Shown here piece by piece: positions 45,769 through 60,273 of a stretch of DNA of 64,000 bases (its first letter is position 1; every line of letters starts with the position of its first letter). The position numbers and the translations under genes are program-made. The stretch lies in NCBI GenBank assembly GCA_010356995.1, contig ML996708.1, forward strand, positions 62,001 through 126,000, given 5' to 3'. This DNA is from Trichodelitschia bisporula. Taxonomy: Eukaryota. The notes beneath the pieces were generated by a model, which had not been told where the DNA came from, did no database searches, and saw nothing but the letters and a program-made list of their open reading frames with translations.

Positions 45769-48178
45769 CACATTGTGAGTTTGTTCCCTTTGCAAGTCGG
45801 AGAACGGGGGCTCCACTAACGGCTTGAGCATCGACCTTCACGCCTTCGAGACGCTGCCCGGTTTGACACTTACATCTCGATGCGAACAGGGGAAGGTGCG
45901 TTGTGATTTCAGGAAGGAACATACTTACTGGAGAAAGAGTCTTATGGCAAGATTCAAAGGAACTTCAGTGTGAGTTTGAAAGGAGGATACGTGGCAAACA
46001 TTGCGCTTAGACACGAATGGGTTCGCTGCTGATCTTTCTTGTTCTCCGTCTTTTTACGTACCTTCAACATGCCCTCGTTGTTCTGCACACGTACGATGGT
46101 GATGCTCCCATTACACCCCTCGGCACCATGCAACGGATATGGCGCCTATGATACTGACAGCACAACAGGGTGGCTTCCGGCGACCAAGACCCGAGTTTAC
46201 ACGCGAGAGAGTCAAAGCTAGAGGCATATCCGTCGCCGGAGGAACAACAAATCGAGTTGTGGAACCGCCCCGTTTATAAAATAGATTGTCAGAGGAGCAG
46301 CACCCAACCGGACACCGACAATGCCGCAGTGTGACTCTGATCCTCACACTCTTTACCTGGAGTTTTGTCTATCTCGTCAGTCCAGAGGATCTGATCCCAT
46401 CGATCTGATATCCTGGACGTCAGATCAATTGGACCAGATCAATTGGACAGACGAGACAGAAAAAAACTTCATGCGAACATTGAAAGAAATGGATCGCACA
46501 TCGACCAGATCTGAACCGGGTACCGCCCAGCTACTCCCTCAGCCATCCGGAAGTTGAACTCTGGCCCCGAAAATGAACCACTGATTTCCAGTAGATTCTT
46601 CCAAAGAGTTTGATTATGATAGGCTTGATGACGACCAGTTTGAACTGACAGCGAGAGCAAGTCGTCGAAGTACCACCAGGAACCGACCACTCCATCCGGG
46701 ACGTTGAAGCATTACCAGTCGTGTGCCGCCGTAAAGCATGGAACTGACCGTTGCGCTCCAGCCGTTCCTCCTGTCCATTATTCCTTGGGTTCAGTTTGCC
46801 TCGCAACAGCACGTCGAGGCGTAATCTCGTAGCGCTTCCTTGTTACTGGAGTATCCATTATTCCATAGAGGCAAAATCAGTTCCGAACTGCCACCTCCAT
46901 TCTCCGGGCAAGATTCGAGAGGTTTACAGCTACTTTTTATCTGCTCACATTTAGCCCTTGGATACCTCGACTTGTGCATTCTGGATAAGCGTTGTCCGAT
47001 TAGGACAGCTGTTGGCTGGAGCTGGGACGCGAAATGGAAACGGCTACACAAATAACCTAAAGATCATCGGCCTGATCTTCTGCCAGGTGAGGATTTGGTT
47101 CAGGGCATCGAGCGCCCTCCCGCAGACAATGATATGCGGACCGTAGTCTGGAAATGGCTCCATCGGAATACCGTGTAGGATCTTGCGTGTCTAACACTCT
47201 TGACATCAGCATCTCTCTACTAACGATGGAAGCTCAACGCACCTTTCCGCACCGCGCTTCCCATCGCCCCAAGCAGCCGGTTTAGCACTTTTGAATCAGG
47301 CCCTCCAACATCAGAACCAATCCACCCCACCAACCGAAAGCCAAAATCACCCAGCGTGCGAAACAGCAAACGTCGTACGGTTATCTCGGGTCTCCCCGCC
47401 AGCTGAAAGATCCCGGCATCGTTCAGCTGCCCGTGCACCTCCCCTCCCGCAGCGATCATCAGGGCCCAACGTCACCCTAGACGACGTCAACCCTTCCCCA
47501 TTTCCCTTCCACTTCTACACCAGCATCCTCACAACCCTCTCCAAACCATCGGGCCTCAACCCCTCCTCATCCAGCTCTACCCTCCATCTTCGCATCAAAA
47601 CCCCTCACTTCTCACTCAACACATGCAACATCTCAGCCCCCCCCCCCCTCCATGCACGCCCCCCGTCATAGGTCAAGTGCGCAACGCCGCACCCCAGACG
47701 GGCCTCATCGTTCACGCCGCACCGTGAGGCTGAAGGCTGAACCTTACCGTACACCGCGCTTTCCTCCGTCGTCGCACACGCTACACGACCCTTCTGCGCG
47801 CTAGAATGGCGCTGTGCGAGGCCAAAGGCTGGGCGGAAATTTTCTAACTAGCCTGCAAAAGAATAGTACCCGGCTTTTGATGAGGTCTTTGCTGGGTACG
47901 AGGCAGAGATTATTGAGTGGGGCGGCTATGATTTTTGGGTACCCCGCCGCGGGGCGCAGGTCCAGACCCTCTGCCGCTGCGATGCCCCGCTGAAGGCTGA
48001 AGCTGAATGAGCGGCTGAGGGGCACGTTGCCGGATTTGGCTTTCAGCGCAGTGGGGTCGGGATGGATGGGAGATGCACTATGGGGTATATATGCTGACGA
48101 TGAGGGTGGGGCTGGATTTGGGTTTGGAAGTGCAAAGCTGCTATCATCGCCATCTTAAGTAGTTTTGAAGTTCACAAT

Positions 48179-49763
48179 ATGGGTTCCATTAGCAAGAAGA
48201 AGCTTATTGTGTGTTGTGATGGTAGGTGGATGCCTTTCTTCTACTATTGTTAAAGCTTCAGCGATTGCGATGCTACAATTTCGGCTTTTACGGTGACGAA
48301 AGCTAACGTCCCTAGGCACATGGATGAACGCGACAGGCAGCCCGTCGGCGAAAGACATATACGATCGGCCCACAGACCCAATCCTCCAAACCCCCAGCAA
48401 CGTAACGCGCATCTGCCGCTCGCTCACAAAATCCGACGACGACGGCATCGAGCAAATCACCTTCTACCAAAGCGGCGTCGGGTCAGGCAACATCGTCAAC
48501 TCCGCCGAAGGCGGGCTCGTCGGACAAGGAATCTCAGAAAACATCCGGGCCGCCTACCTATTCATAGCTGCAAACTACAATCAGCAGGCAAACGACGAGC
48601 TTTACCTCGTCGGCTTCAGCCGCGGCTCCTTCACGGTTCGCAGCATCGCCGCCTTCATCAGTGACGTCGGGCTCCTCACCCCGGCTGGCATGGTGCACTT
48701 CTACCCCATCTTCCAGGACTGGGAGAACCAGATCATGCCAGGCTACAAGACCAACTTCCCTAGCCGCCCGTTCCCCCCCGCGCCCGGCAAGTCTGCGCGC
48801 CCGAATCTCTTCTCCGAGAAGGCGGCGTACGTCGCCGAGCTCCACCGCCTCGGGTTCACAACTCGGGATGTCAAGATCAAGGTCGTCGCCTGCTTCGACA
48901 CAGTCGGTAGCCTGGGTATCCCGCGGATCGGCCCGTTCAGTACCGAGCACGCGGTACGGGGGATGGACTACGCGTTCGTGGACACGGAGCTCCCGCCCGC
49001 GGTCGAGCACGCGATCCACGCGCTCGCGCTTGACGAAAAGCGCAAGCCCTTCGCACCCACGATGTGGAAGCTGCCCAACCCCCTCCCGGGGCAGTCCCTC
49101 CTCCAGGTTTGGTTCCCGGGCGCGCATAGCGATGTCGGCGGAAGCTACCCTGATACGCGAAGCGCGGATCTGACGCTCGCGTGGATGGTCTCGCAGCTGG
49201 AGCGGTTCCTGAGCTTCGATGAGAAGGTGTTGCAGATGCAGTACCAGTTGCCCGCGAAAGATAAAGACCCGCGGCCGTGGGGATGCGGTACGCCCTCTCT
49301 GCCCCCATATTAACCCAAGCTAATCCCCTTCCCAGGGCCGATCCACAACTCGTCAAACCCCACATATTGGGCGTTCGGCACGGATCCCCGCACGCCGCTC
49401 GACTACAACGAGTACGATCACACCACGGGCAAGGAATACCAGCCGGAGATCCCGCTGATCGAGACACATGAGTATGCGCATGCCTCGTTGCGCATCCGCC
49501 AGGGTGTGCCGGGGAAGGACATCGAGGACTCTGGCCCGTACCGGCCGGGTTCACTGTCGGGATGGAAGTTGCAAGGAGCGGCTGCTGCGCCGCTGCCCTC
49601 GGGTGCCACACTGACGCAGGTGCAGGAAGCACAGCGGAATATCTGTTGGGTGAAGGGCGAGAAGAAGTTGAAGGAGGCGGTGTTGGAGGAGACGGAGTGG
49701 AAGTTGCTCCAGCTGGTGGAGCCGGGGTGCGAGGTGAAGTTTTGCTGTGTAGTGCCGAAGTGA
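48179..49763 (+). CDS. DUF2235 / Tle1-like alpha-beta hydrolase (second paralog)
   Basis: Motifs KKLIVCCDG^TW, SNVTRI, GFSRG, CFDTVGSLG, HALALDEKR, VWFPGAHSDVGG and THEYAHASLR. Introns 48222-48315 and 49288-49335. Confidence 0.92.
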
Positions 49764-51208
49764 GTGTTACCGATTACTGTAGTTTCTGGAGGAAGTTAAG
49801 AACATCTGCAGGCATGGCGTGAAGTCTGCGCTTGGGTGGGGACTGGATAGGGTTAAGAGGGGGGCGTGGTGACAATTAATGAACCCTACCACCATTCTTC
49901 AGGGTGGTCTTGTGCTGTTCCTCTTTCTCGCCATTACGCCGTCTTTTACTGTTGTAGCGAGATTCCGTAGTATCTTTCGAGACGGGTAGTAGGGCCACCG
50001 AATGTCGGCGCCAGGCGTCTTGCTTTACGGCATCTGATAGCGGTACCGTTATGTACAGGTAACTAGTGGAATTTCTTCACATTGCTGGTATGACAACTGC
50101 GTGATCAGCCAAGTTGCAACCGTCGGCTCACGTGTGCTGTAACGGAAGCATAGGCGTGACGCACGTATCCTCTGCAGCGTGAAGTGGAAGATTGTGAAAA
50201 AAAAAGATGAAGAGAGGAAGTGGAGAGGGAGAGAGGCGATTCCAGGCTAAATACCAGCGTTGGTTCCTGTGTCTTTCCTCCGATATGCACCTTCCTCCCG
50301 TCATACGCACCTTCCGTCGTGTGTGCCTTCCCCATTACCATTTTCTTTCCCAAGACTAACCTACTCCTTCCCAGGACTTACCTACTCCTTCCTAACGGTC
50401 CATATGTTGCCTTGGTGCCATACTTGCCTTAGGTCTCTGCGTTACAGCAATCGTCCGTACCCCGGAAAGTATCATATGACGGGGGCGAGGTGGAGTTGCC
50501 CACCTCTTAGGAACGTTCAGGCATCACCAGAGATCAGTAAGCGAGTAGGCCGCCGTACACATGCGGAGACACTTCAGCTCATGCTCCAAAGGTAACGGTA
50601 CCCGGTATCGGCTACCACACGTCAGGGCTGAATCATCAGCCTCACCACGCCAACCCCTCCTTCCAGATTCGGCGCTGAGTCACCAGCTGAAAGAGCACGC
50701 CTCATCGCAAGCACACACATCTCGAGCAACATCAACTCAATCAATTGCCCACCGCATGCCCACCTCCTCCTAGACAGCAAGCGTACACACAAAATCCCGT
50801 CATGCTACAGTAGAATCGACCTGGGGTCCACTCATAGTGTCGTCTGCTAAGACCGCACCCTAACCGACGATTAGCGCTTCCATCACCGCAACCACACTGG
50901 CCCAAAAATAAGACTGCAAGCGCGTGCCTGCAAGACCTCCCACATGACGAAAAGCACAAAGTGTACAGGACGTAACACGAGTAGCCAATACCAGCTGATC
51001 TAACTACTGTTCCACAACAAGCTGACAAAACAGCCCTGCCCGCCGTGGCCGCAGCCAGAGAGACACGCCCAAACGCCGCTATGCCCGTACGCTAAACCGC
51101 CAACCCGTTCGCAGAATACCCACGAAATGGCAAGAAGCTGTAGTAGGAAAAAGATCCGTCATCGGCCGTCAACTCGGTGACGTCATTTCAGTCGTGTGGC
51201 AATGAGCA

Positions 51209-52201
51209 TTACTCGACAGAGGAGTCTTGTGCTCAGGATGTCAGCACGCGGGAGGACGGAAAAGGTGGGTACGGTATAGACGTACTGTCCGTCTCTGACT
51301 TCGAGCCCGCGTACAATGCTGCAGCCTGCAGGCCAGGCATCACGTCGGTGGCCTTCTCCGCGGCGGCAGCAGCAGCTACAGCCTGCAGCTGGTTGACGTC
51401 GTTCGAGGTCATCTGCGCAGGCGGGGCAGGTTGCTGGTGCGCATTCGGCGGGCGCGAAAGGTCGATGGACTCGGGAGGCGGGGGAAGCTCGGTGTGCGAC
51501 TCGAGAAGGCGGCCCTGGAGAGTAATGATATACTCGCGAAGCTGGTAGTTTTCTTTCTGAATCGTTTCGTAGTTGTTGAGGAGCACCTGGTACTCCTTGA
51601 CCTGGTCCTTCAATGATTGGATGTACTGCTCTTTGCGTTGACGAAAGGCACGCTACGCGGCGGGACAAGGTTAGCTAGTGCCGATGCGGTGCGCCGGAGC
51701 GGCAAGGCGCATTGCGATGCGACGTACCTGAGCCGCGCGGTTCTGTGCCGCACGCTTCGAGGTCGAGAGCTCGCGCCGACCCTTGCGCGACTCGGGCGTA
51801 TGGTCTTCCATGCCGGAGTCCGTCACACCCATCTGGTAACCACCGCCCGCAATGGCCGGGTCGATCTGGTGGTCATGGTGGGTAGGAGGCGAGTGGTGCA
51901 TGTCGTGCGCGGTGGGGGAGATGGAGGCAGAAGGCGAGGGCTGGCCGGCCTGGATGGCCTGGAGGTGATCTCTGAGACCTGGAGGACGGAGCCAGAGTGT
52001 AAGTTGCGCGATGCGCAAGAGCGGAACGGCGGAGGAGGGAGAGGAGTGTAGAGGGTAGAGGTGGGTACATGGGGATAAGGCTATTACTAACTCATTATGT
52101 CTGTTTCCTTGGGAGGAAGAGATGCGTCAGCAAGTTCCGCGGCAGATATGTTTTCGAACATCCACAGCTCGGCATTGGCTTACCTCACGCGACGTCTGCA
52201 T
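51209..52201 (-). CDS. kapC: KapC-like bZIP transcription factor
   Basis: Reads KRAAQNRAAQ^RAFRQRKEQYIQSL...ENYQLREYIITLQGRLL. Small 5' exons give MQTSRE^ETDIM^SLRDHL from ATG 52201. The last exon and stop position are approximate. Confidence 0.85.
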
Positions 52202-55200
52202 GATCTTGGGTTCAGACGCGGCCTCTCTGCCGCATAAGACGGGTTTCCGGGCGAAGAGAGGGTGCGCAATCTCTCTGCCGGGCCAATTGCGCGTAGACGC
52301 GAGCTCAGATCTAGTTGTGGGAGGAGGGAAGCATTAGAAGAGTGCGGGGGAAGCTGAAAGATAGTCCAACGCGGGGGGACGAAGGTAAACGATCAAATGC
52401 GCCAAATGGCGCGAGCAATGGCTTCTTTCGTGCACCGGCATCCCCACCCTTGACCGAATGAGGCGTGCAAGACACCAGGCGATTGGAACGGTTGGAGAGA
52501 AGGAAAGGGAGGCATTGATGGACGTACATTGATCTCTCTGCTTAGTGAGGAGGGGCTGCTGCGGGAGCTCGGGGATGGTTGGAGGGGGATGACAAAGATG
52601 GTTTGATGACTACGCAGATTTCTTAGGGGCTGTCGGGGTGCGCACGTCTTACATACGTGGACGGAGAGGGCGAGGCATAAGCCGCGCTTACTCATCGTCA
52701 CCCAATGGCCGAAGGCGTTGCCGTCACTGCGGAGCCGGAATAACAAGCGTGCCGAGCTGCCGACGGGTGCCGATCGCCAAGAGCAGGGATAAAAGGCCAC
52801 TGGGCCAAGACCTGCATGCTTACCACAGCAGTATCCTAACAACCACAGGCGGAATGCACTATCCCCGTGGGCCGCCGTTCGTGAGATCACGTAATGCAAT
52901 GTTATGGAACCATTCCCATGGCTCCTGGGAAATGATATATTGATCAGACTCTTCTCACTTCTGACCAGCGATAAGTAGGCGATGGTACGTCGCCTGGTTG
53001 GCCCCCCGGACTGCTCTCTGTCTGACTGACGAACCATCGACCCGATCCGAGTCCGGGATGCCATATCCTAGCCTATCCGATGTCGTGCTATGGTGAAAGG
53101 TACCACTGACCACATCCGCTCCGCCCACAACACCATCCACGGTGCCCACTCTACGAGGCCGTATATATGCGCAATCGAATCCACGCAGACGCCAGACTTG
53201 CTGGGAGAAGGTGATTGGAGCAGGAAACGTGGTGTCCGTGGAGGACGATTTGTCAGCCTCGGACGGGAATTACGTGGCTGGGGAGCGGATGGGTGTGGAG
53301 AACGGGAATCGGAGGCGGAACGTCCTGGGGGTGCGAGGCGGACGCTAACACGGCTAGATGCTAGAGCCCGCCGTGGAGATAGGGCTCTAAATGCGAGCCG
53401 AGGATTATTAAACGGCACGCCTCGTGGCAGCGGACAAAACATCTCCGGTGGGTGTTGGCGGTACCAGGTATGGTGGGTTAGGTGGCATGGGGCGCTATGA
53501 TTCGGCTGCTCGAGACCGGTGAGGCGACGAGAGCGCTTCATGGCAAGAGTGTCCGATTGAGAAGTCGGCTGTTACTTCTAGCTCAACTGACTGATGGCAG
53601 CTCTAAGCAATTGATCACCCCTCTCGTTGTCGAAGAGAGTACGATCTCCTTAGCTGTCATGACAATCACTCTGACCAGATTGGACAGTATCCCATTCCTA
53701 TCGGGCCTTTGGTGCGGCAGTCTCTCCGCTGCCGCATCCTTGCGACAAGAGATGGCAGCCAGACTCGTCCGTGCCGATCAGACTCCGGGGCGGAGATACC
53801 GCCGTCGGAAGGTTATGCAGCCTCGCGTAACACCGACGCAGTTTGATCCTAGATGCGCAACGGAGTGCGCTCCGATCCTGAGGAACGAGGGTCCCTCGAA
53901 GCTCCTGCTGCCCATTTTGATTCTGTGGGACCTCTTTACGACCTCCGCCAGCAAGCACTAAGGATGCTCTGTCAGTCCGTACGAACCGACTACCCTCCCT
54001 CATCTGACATCTCTGCCCGGCCCTCCGGCGTGTGTGTAGAGACCCCTAGGACAACCTCCGGAACATCCGAAAGCTGATCGACGCAGTCAACCATGCGCCC
54101 CGTTTCCATACGATGGCACCGATTGCTTTACTTGACGTCCACGGCACCTTCTCGCTTCACCATGCGCTTTGGTCCCGGTATTGGAAAACCTGTGATCGAG
54201 AATGAGGGCTCAAACTCCACGTTCCGGGGCCTAGGAGAGGGTTGTTGATCCGTTTCCCTGCGAAGAGGCAGAAGACATCGAGTATGCTTGGGCACGCCAA
54301 AAGCCTACTTCCAAACTTTGGAAGTAACGCTTCCAATCCGCTTGCCACCCTGGTCTCTAGGCCTTGCTCGTGCAATCATGGGATACCTGCCCTGGAACCC
54401 ACACGAGATACACTGGGACATGATTTCTAGGATGCTGGAAAGCCACTAAGGACGAATGCCGCCGACCCACTAGCTCCCCTGGGGAAATACTAGACGGTCG
54501 TGGAAAGCTTGCCACCTTCCTTGCCGCGAGGCCTGAAGCCTGTCACTAAGCCCGTCGTCAGCAAAGTATCCATGAAGCGCAGCGAAGCCTAAACTCACGA
54601 ACAGAACCATCACACTCCAATGAGAACGCAACTCTCCACCGTAGTGCATCACTAGATCGCTCTGCAAGTGCCGTGCCAAAAAGCGCAGGCGCCAGACCTG
54701 AAGGCAGCAGTTCCCGCCCACTCACTCAGCAGGCATCACCAGCGCACTCACCCCTAGCAGGCATCCAAACCCACTTCCTCCACTTTCCTCGCCTTCCTTA
54801 TTGACAGCCAAACAGGACAGCCCCGATCCAACCGTCCTGCAACCGCATCCACTGCCGTCTTCTGCGTGGCGATGCCGCGATGCCGCACTGCCGCCTCCGC
54901 CCGCTCAGTCATCCCGCACCATGTATGCACGAGACCAACTCGAGCATCGCATACGAGCTCGACAACGTAGTTTCATGCACAGCCCAGTCGCCCGGTAAGA
55001 GGGAAATCCAACGTGGAGCGCACCGTCAAGGTCCGGAGTGCCAGGGGGAATAGATAGCCAGATAGCCACACCTCACAGTAGCAGTCGCTTGATAAATCCA
55101 TATTCACCGCATCTATTCTGCGCACCAGCGTAGAAAAGACATCCTCCCACCCTATGAAACTCTCTTCACCCCTCCGCGCGGGCCATCCTTTATCAACAAG

Positions 55201-55775
55201 CGCACGCGCCAGCCAGGACAGACAGACACACAACACACATAGCAAAGGAGAGAAAAAGTATGAACCCAACGTTAAACTCAAGAGAAAAACACACGGCACA
55301 AACACCCCCAGAGCCATAGGAAGCGCAATATACAGATGCCTTTCAACTCGACGCCGACGCCTCCGGCCCCTAGCCCGACCTCCCACCAGCTCCAACTTCG
55401 CCCTCCACTTCACACACAACCCCGCGCGCAGAGACAGCAATCGAGCAAAAAAAAAGCGCACAGAAACCACATTACCCATTTCAATCAAAAGAAACTAATC
55501 CGCTTGCCAACCAGCAATCGATCAATCAACTACGGCAGGCGGATGTTGCCCCTTCGCCAAGAAATGTAAAATCCAAAGATAACACAAAAGCTCCCTGCCA
55601 GTTCATCCATCGTATCGTTGAATGCGTCGCCAGAGTCTTTTCGTAAGAAACACGTACAGTATCCTGCAAATGTTGGCATCTTGCAGAACTTGGCCTTTCT
55701 CTAGACACGCTGCGATCCGTCATCCCTCAGCTCCCAGCCTCAGCCCCAGCCCCAGCCCCGTTTCTCTCTTCATCC

Positions 55776-56525
<750 letters not shown>

Positions 56526-57187
56526 CTTGAGAGCCGAAGTAGTGACGTTGCCGTTCTAGGCTGCGACGTGGTTCAAGAATCGGGGGGGTGGCGGAAGAAA
56601 AGGCAGAGATCGGGGACGAGCGTTCGAGCGTAAATAGCGGAGCGGCGTATTCGGAAACCAGCAACAGTTCGTAAATCAGTGAATAGCGTCGAGTTTCGGG
56701 GCGAGTTTGCGACGTTGTTCAGGTGCGGGAGGCAGGAGGAGCGGCTGGGTGTGACCGCGAATGTGGCTTGTGGAAGGCCAACTGAGGTCGTCCCAACTCC
56801 CCAAGGGCTGGCGTTGACGAGCGCCAAGGCTGTCGACCACCGAGCCAGCAATCAAGATCCCGGATGCACAGACGCCCTGAACAACGAAAGGCTGCTGAGA
56901 CACCACGACGAATGCACCGCGCTGTTTAACAATTCCGCATAGCGCGCGGCACGCAACCAGGGAGAGGTAAGATGAAAAGGCAATTGAATGGACTTTTCCG
57001 ACCCGAAGCATCTATTTCCCGTGTGTATCTATGGTGGCAACCGGGCCGCCGTCGCCCCTGACCAAACTCCTCGCTATGCACCGTGCAGCACCGCATGTGC
57101 AGTACAGCCCAAAACGAATCGCCCAAACATTCCAGCTGGCCATCTGAAACTGCAACGCTTCACCCTGTGGCTGATAGGACATGGGCC

Positions 57188-59331
57188 TTAAAACCACTTG
57201 GAATATCCCCATCGCATCCGCCGAAGCACCTGCTTCTGCCGCTCGACGCCGGTCTTGATGTCGACGAGGTCGTCAATGTCAAGTAGAAACTCGCGGAAGT
57301 CTGGGCCCGGGAGTACCGATCGTGCAGTCTGGCGCAGAACGTGCGCTTCGCAGAGCAGCAGACCGTAGTCCTTGTAGTAAAGCACGCCATACTCGGACGG
57401 CTGAGCAGCAGTTAAGATGCGATCAATGTTGCTGCTTCCGTCAGTATGCTGAGAGATGAGAATGCCGCGACCACTTACCGTAGCACACCTAGCAGGCGGG
57501 TCTGTTTCTTGCCCTGCTTGATGCCTTTTCTATTGCCAAAGGTGTTGTTGAGCCAACGGACCAAGCTTACGGTGACCAGAATACCGGGGGTGAGACCAAC
57601 AAAGCTACTCATGTCAGACGTCGCCTCCAGAATCGTATGATACTCACCCAAAGACGAGTTCCTGGCTCTTGAGGAGAGAATCAATACCACCCATAGCGAT
57701 TTCGACATCCACCTTCGTCTTCTGAATCTGAATAAGAAGTCCCCGAATCAAGTTGCCTTTGATGGCGCCCATAACCGGCCGCTGCACATCCTTCTCATAA
57801 GCCTTCAAGACTGGCGTCATGTCTCCCTCGTGGATTTTGGTCCGGATATCTGCAATATCGGCATCAGTGAGCGACTGGTTGCCATCCAGGGCAAAGTCAA
57901 CAACCATCCGCTCAAGGCTCGCACGGTCACCCTCCAGACTCCGCTTGCTCATGATAGCAACCTCGCTGCCCTCGTCATGTCGGATAGTTGCCAAAACCTT
58001 CCGCGTCGGCTCAACGACCCAGTTAGCCCAGAAGTCAATGATTGTTGCTCCTAGCTCTTGCACCCATATGATGATCTCAGCTTTGCGGTTAACGGCAATA
58101 CGCAGCAGGGTGCTGGAAGACAGGATAAGTGCGGTGGCCGGAAGCCAGTAGCGGATAAGACGGGAAGGACGGCCGCACTTTTGGATGCGGGTGTTGAAGG
58201 CAGTTGTGTATTGAGGTAGGACGGCTTCCAGTAGCGAAACGAGCCGTTGTGATACTGCAGGAGGCTGGAGCCCCTTCGCCGTGGCATGGTACGGTGATTC
58301 CTCTGACGCATAGTAGCTGTCGGCGTGAGTGGCCTCGGAAATCTTTTCTTCAAAATCGCCAATGTCGGCAGCCGGATCCTTCACAAGCGACAGCACAGCC
58401 TCCATGAGCGCAATGTTCCGAAGAATAGAGCCTTTCCACTTCTGCCGCTGCTCATGCGCAACCTCTCCGCCTTCCATCGCACTGTCGATGTTCTCACTGA
58501 TGTTATCTTCACCGAGACCTTCACCTAGGAGAACACCGAGCGCATTGGCGTTGACCTCGCGCATCTGCCTCAATAGAGTTTGGTTCTTCTTCGCTTCATG
58601 CCTCACACGCGCCAGCGGAGACACCACTCTGCGCTGCAAATCGGCGATCGAGCGCTCCTGCACAACCTGCTGGACCAGACCATAGAATTGTCTCCAGCCA
58701 TCGGCCACCCCGGTGCGCCGAGCGCGCACATCGTCGAAGACATCCTTGCTCCAAGCCCAGATGCGCAGCGGCGAAGTTTGCAGCGAGTAGAGGGTGGCAT
58801 TCTGCTGCGACCCCAGGATGTCGTCCCAGTACCAAATGTGCTCGCTGATGGCCAGCGTCTGCCTCAAGATGGTCTCCAAGGCCTGTCCATAGGCCTGAGC
58901 GGTGGCCTTGCTGATAATGAGCCACTCCAGCTCACTCTCGTAGTCGGCATCTTGAATGAACGCGTATGAGACGTCGCTGTCCTGCGATAGGTCTCTGTCG
59001 CTCGCAGACTCACCCGCTGAGAACCGCGCCTCCTTGAGTATGTCCAGTATCAGCCTTACAGGCGCCAGCGAATTCGAGCCCGTGGCCGTGGTGGACAGCG
59101 ATTTAGCCAGCCCTTGAAGCTCCAAAATCCGCCCCAATGCCGTGATGCCGGGGCCAGCATTGTTTGCCTCAGCAGAGACATCGCCATGATCGGCGGGGGA
59201 CGCTGTGCTGGAGAGCTCCAAGCGATCGAGCTGGGTGTCTATTCGACGAACCTGGCTGTGAATTGTGAGCGCGGGGCGACGGTGAGGGGGAGACAATGAG
59301 CGGGGGAGACGTACTCAACTACAAATGACAT
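57188..59331 (-). CDS. NCA2: Nuclear control of ATPase protein 2 (Nca2)
   Basis: Motifs RPSRLIRYWLP, FWANWVVEP, TIRHD, SLERMVVDF, LLIQIQKTKVDVEIAMGGIDSLLKSQELVFG^FVGLTPG and NIDRIL. Three introns. Confidence 0.93.
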
Positions 59332-60273
59332 GGCGGCTAGCAGTCATTGACCGATCGTCCTCACGCACGCAGTAGGCCAGGGAATGGTGGAGATCGTGGG
59401 GTTGCGGGGGTTATTTACGGCTCTGCGGCGCAGGCCTTTTTTTTTGCGGGACAATTTGACAGCAGAGTCAGCGCTGGTGAGCTGGGATAGCTGCCCACGA
59501 AGTGACGTCGGTGCCAAGCCCGATTGAGAAGGCTGGAAAACGCTCCCCTTGTCCCACTTGACCTCTGAAACCTCACATGGCAAGCAGCTTCATGTACAAC
59601 GTACGTACATATGGTCGGATCGCCCGATCTCACAATGTAGCGGGTTGATCGTACTGAGATCAGATGCGAGATGCAACTTTGACCACAATACTCTAGCCGA
59701 TCCTCACCCCGAGAAGCCTGGAAACTCATCTACAATTCAGAAAGAACTTATTTGCACCGATAAGGGCCTGAGTTAAATCTCCAGGATAGCCTGCCCAAAA
59801 AGTCTGTCCTTGACTGATCGGTACAAGGTGCAGCTTAGGCACAATGAACAATGCCTGCGTCAACCGGAAGGGCGCGGTATATGTACTGCAGGGCATGGAA
59901 GACGGATTAGAAGGAAGACCATCGGCTGTGAGCCACTTCGTCATGATTTGACCAATTCGAACCGCTTTGAACTTTCGCCTGGCAGGGCATAATGGTAACT
60001 GCGTCTTCAGGAAGCAACCCTTGGTGCAGCAAGATGGCATTTTTGGCGTCTGACACGCTTCAGCGCCGTGAACGACAAATGGACGGCACAGGGGACGACA
60101 CATCATCAAGGTACTTGACAAGATTCGCATTACAGCAGTAGACACATACAATCATACACCCCCCATGCCCCACCTAGGGAACCGGAACCCCCTCGAACTT
60201 CTAGAACTTCAAGTCCCAAAACCTAACACCGCGCAAATGTGTTTCACGAAAACAACTAGGAACCGAACCTCAT

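Noticed and set aside
45387..45778. Short ORFs on both strands over the hairpin sharing VLPGGWC / TNPLEGL peptides
   Set aside because: The peptide similarity is simply a consequence of the inverted repeat.
52300..55700. Numerous 100-220-aa ORFs between kapC and SEC4
   Set aside because: No motifs or codon bias. More consistent with a long transcription-factor promoter and the SEC4 3' region.
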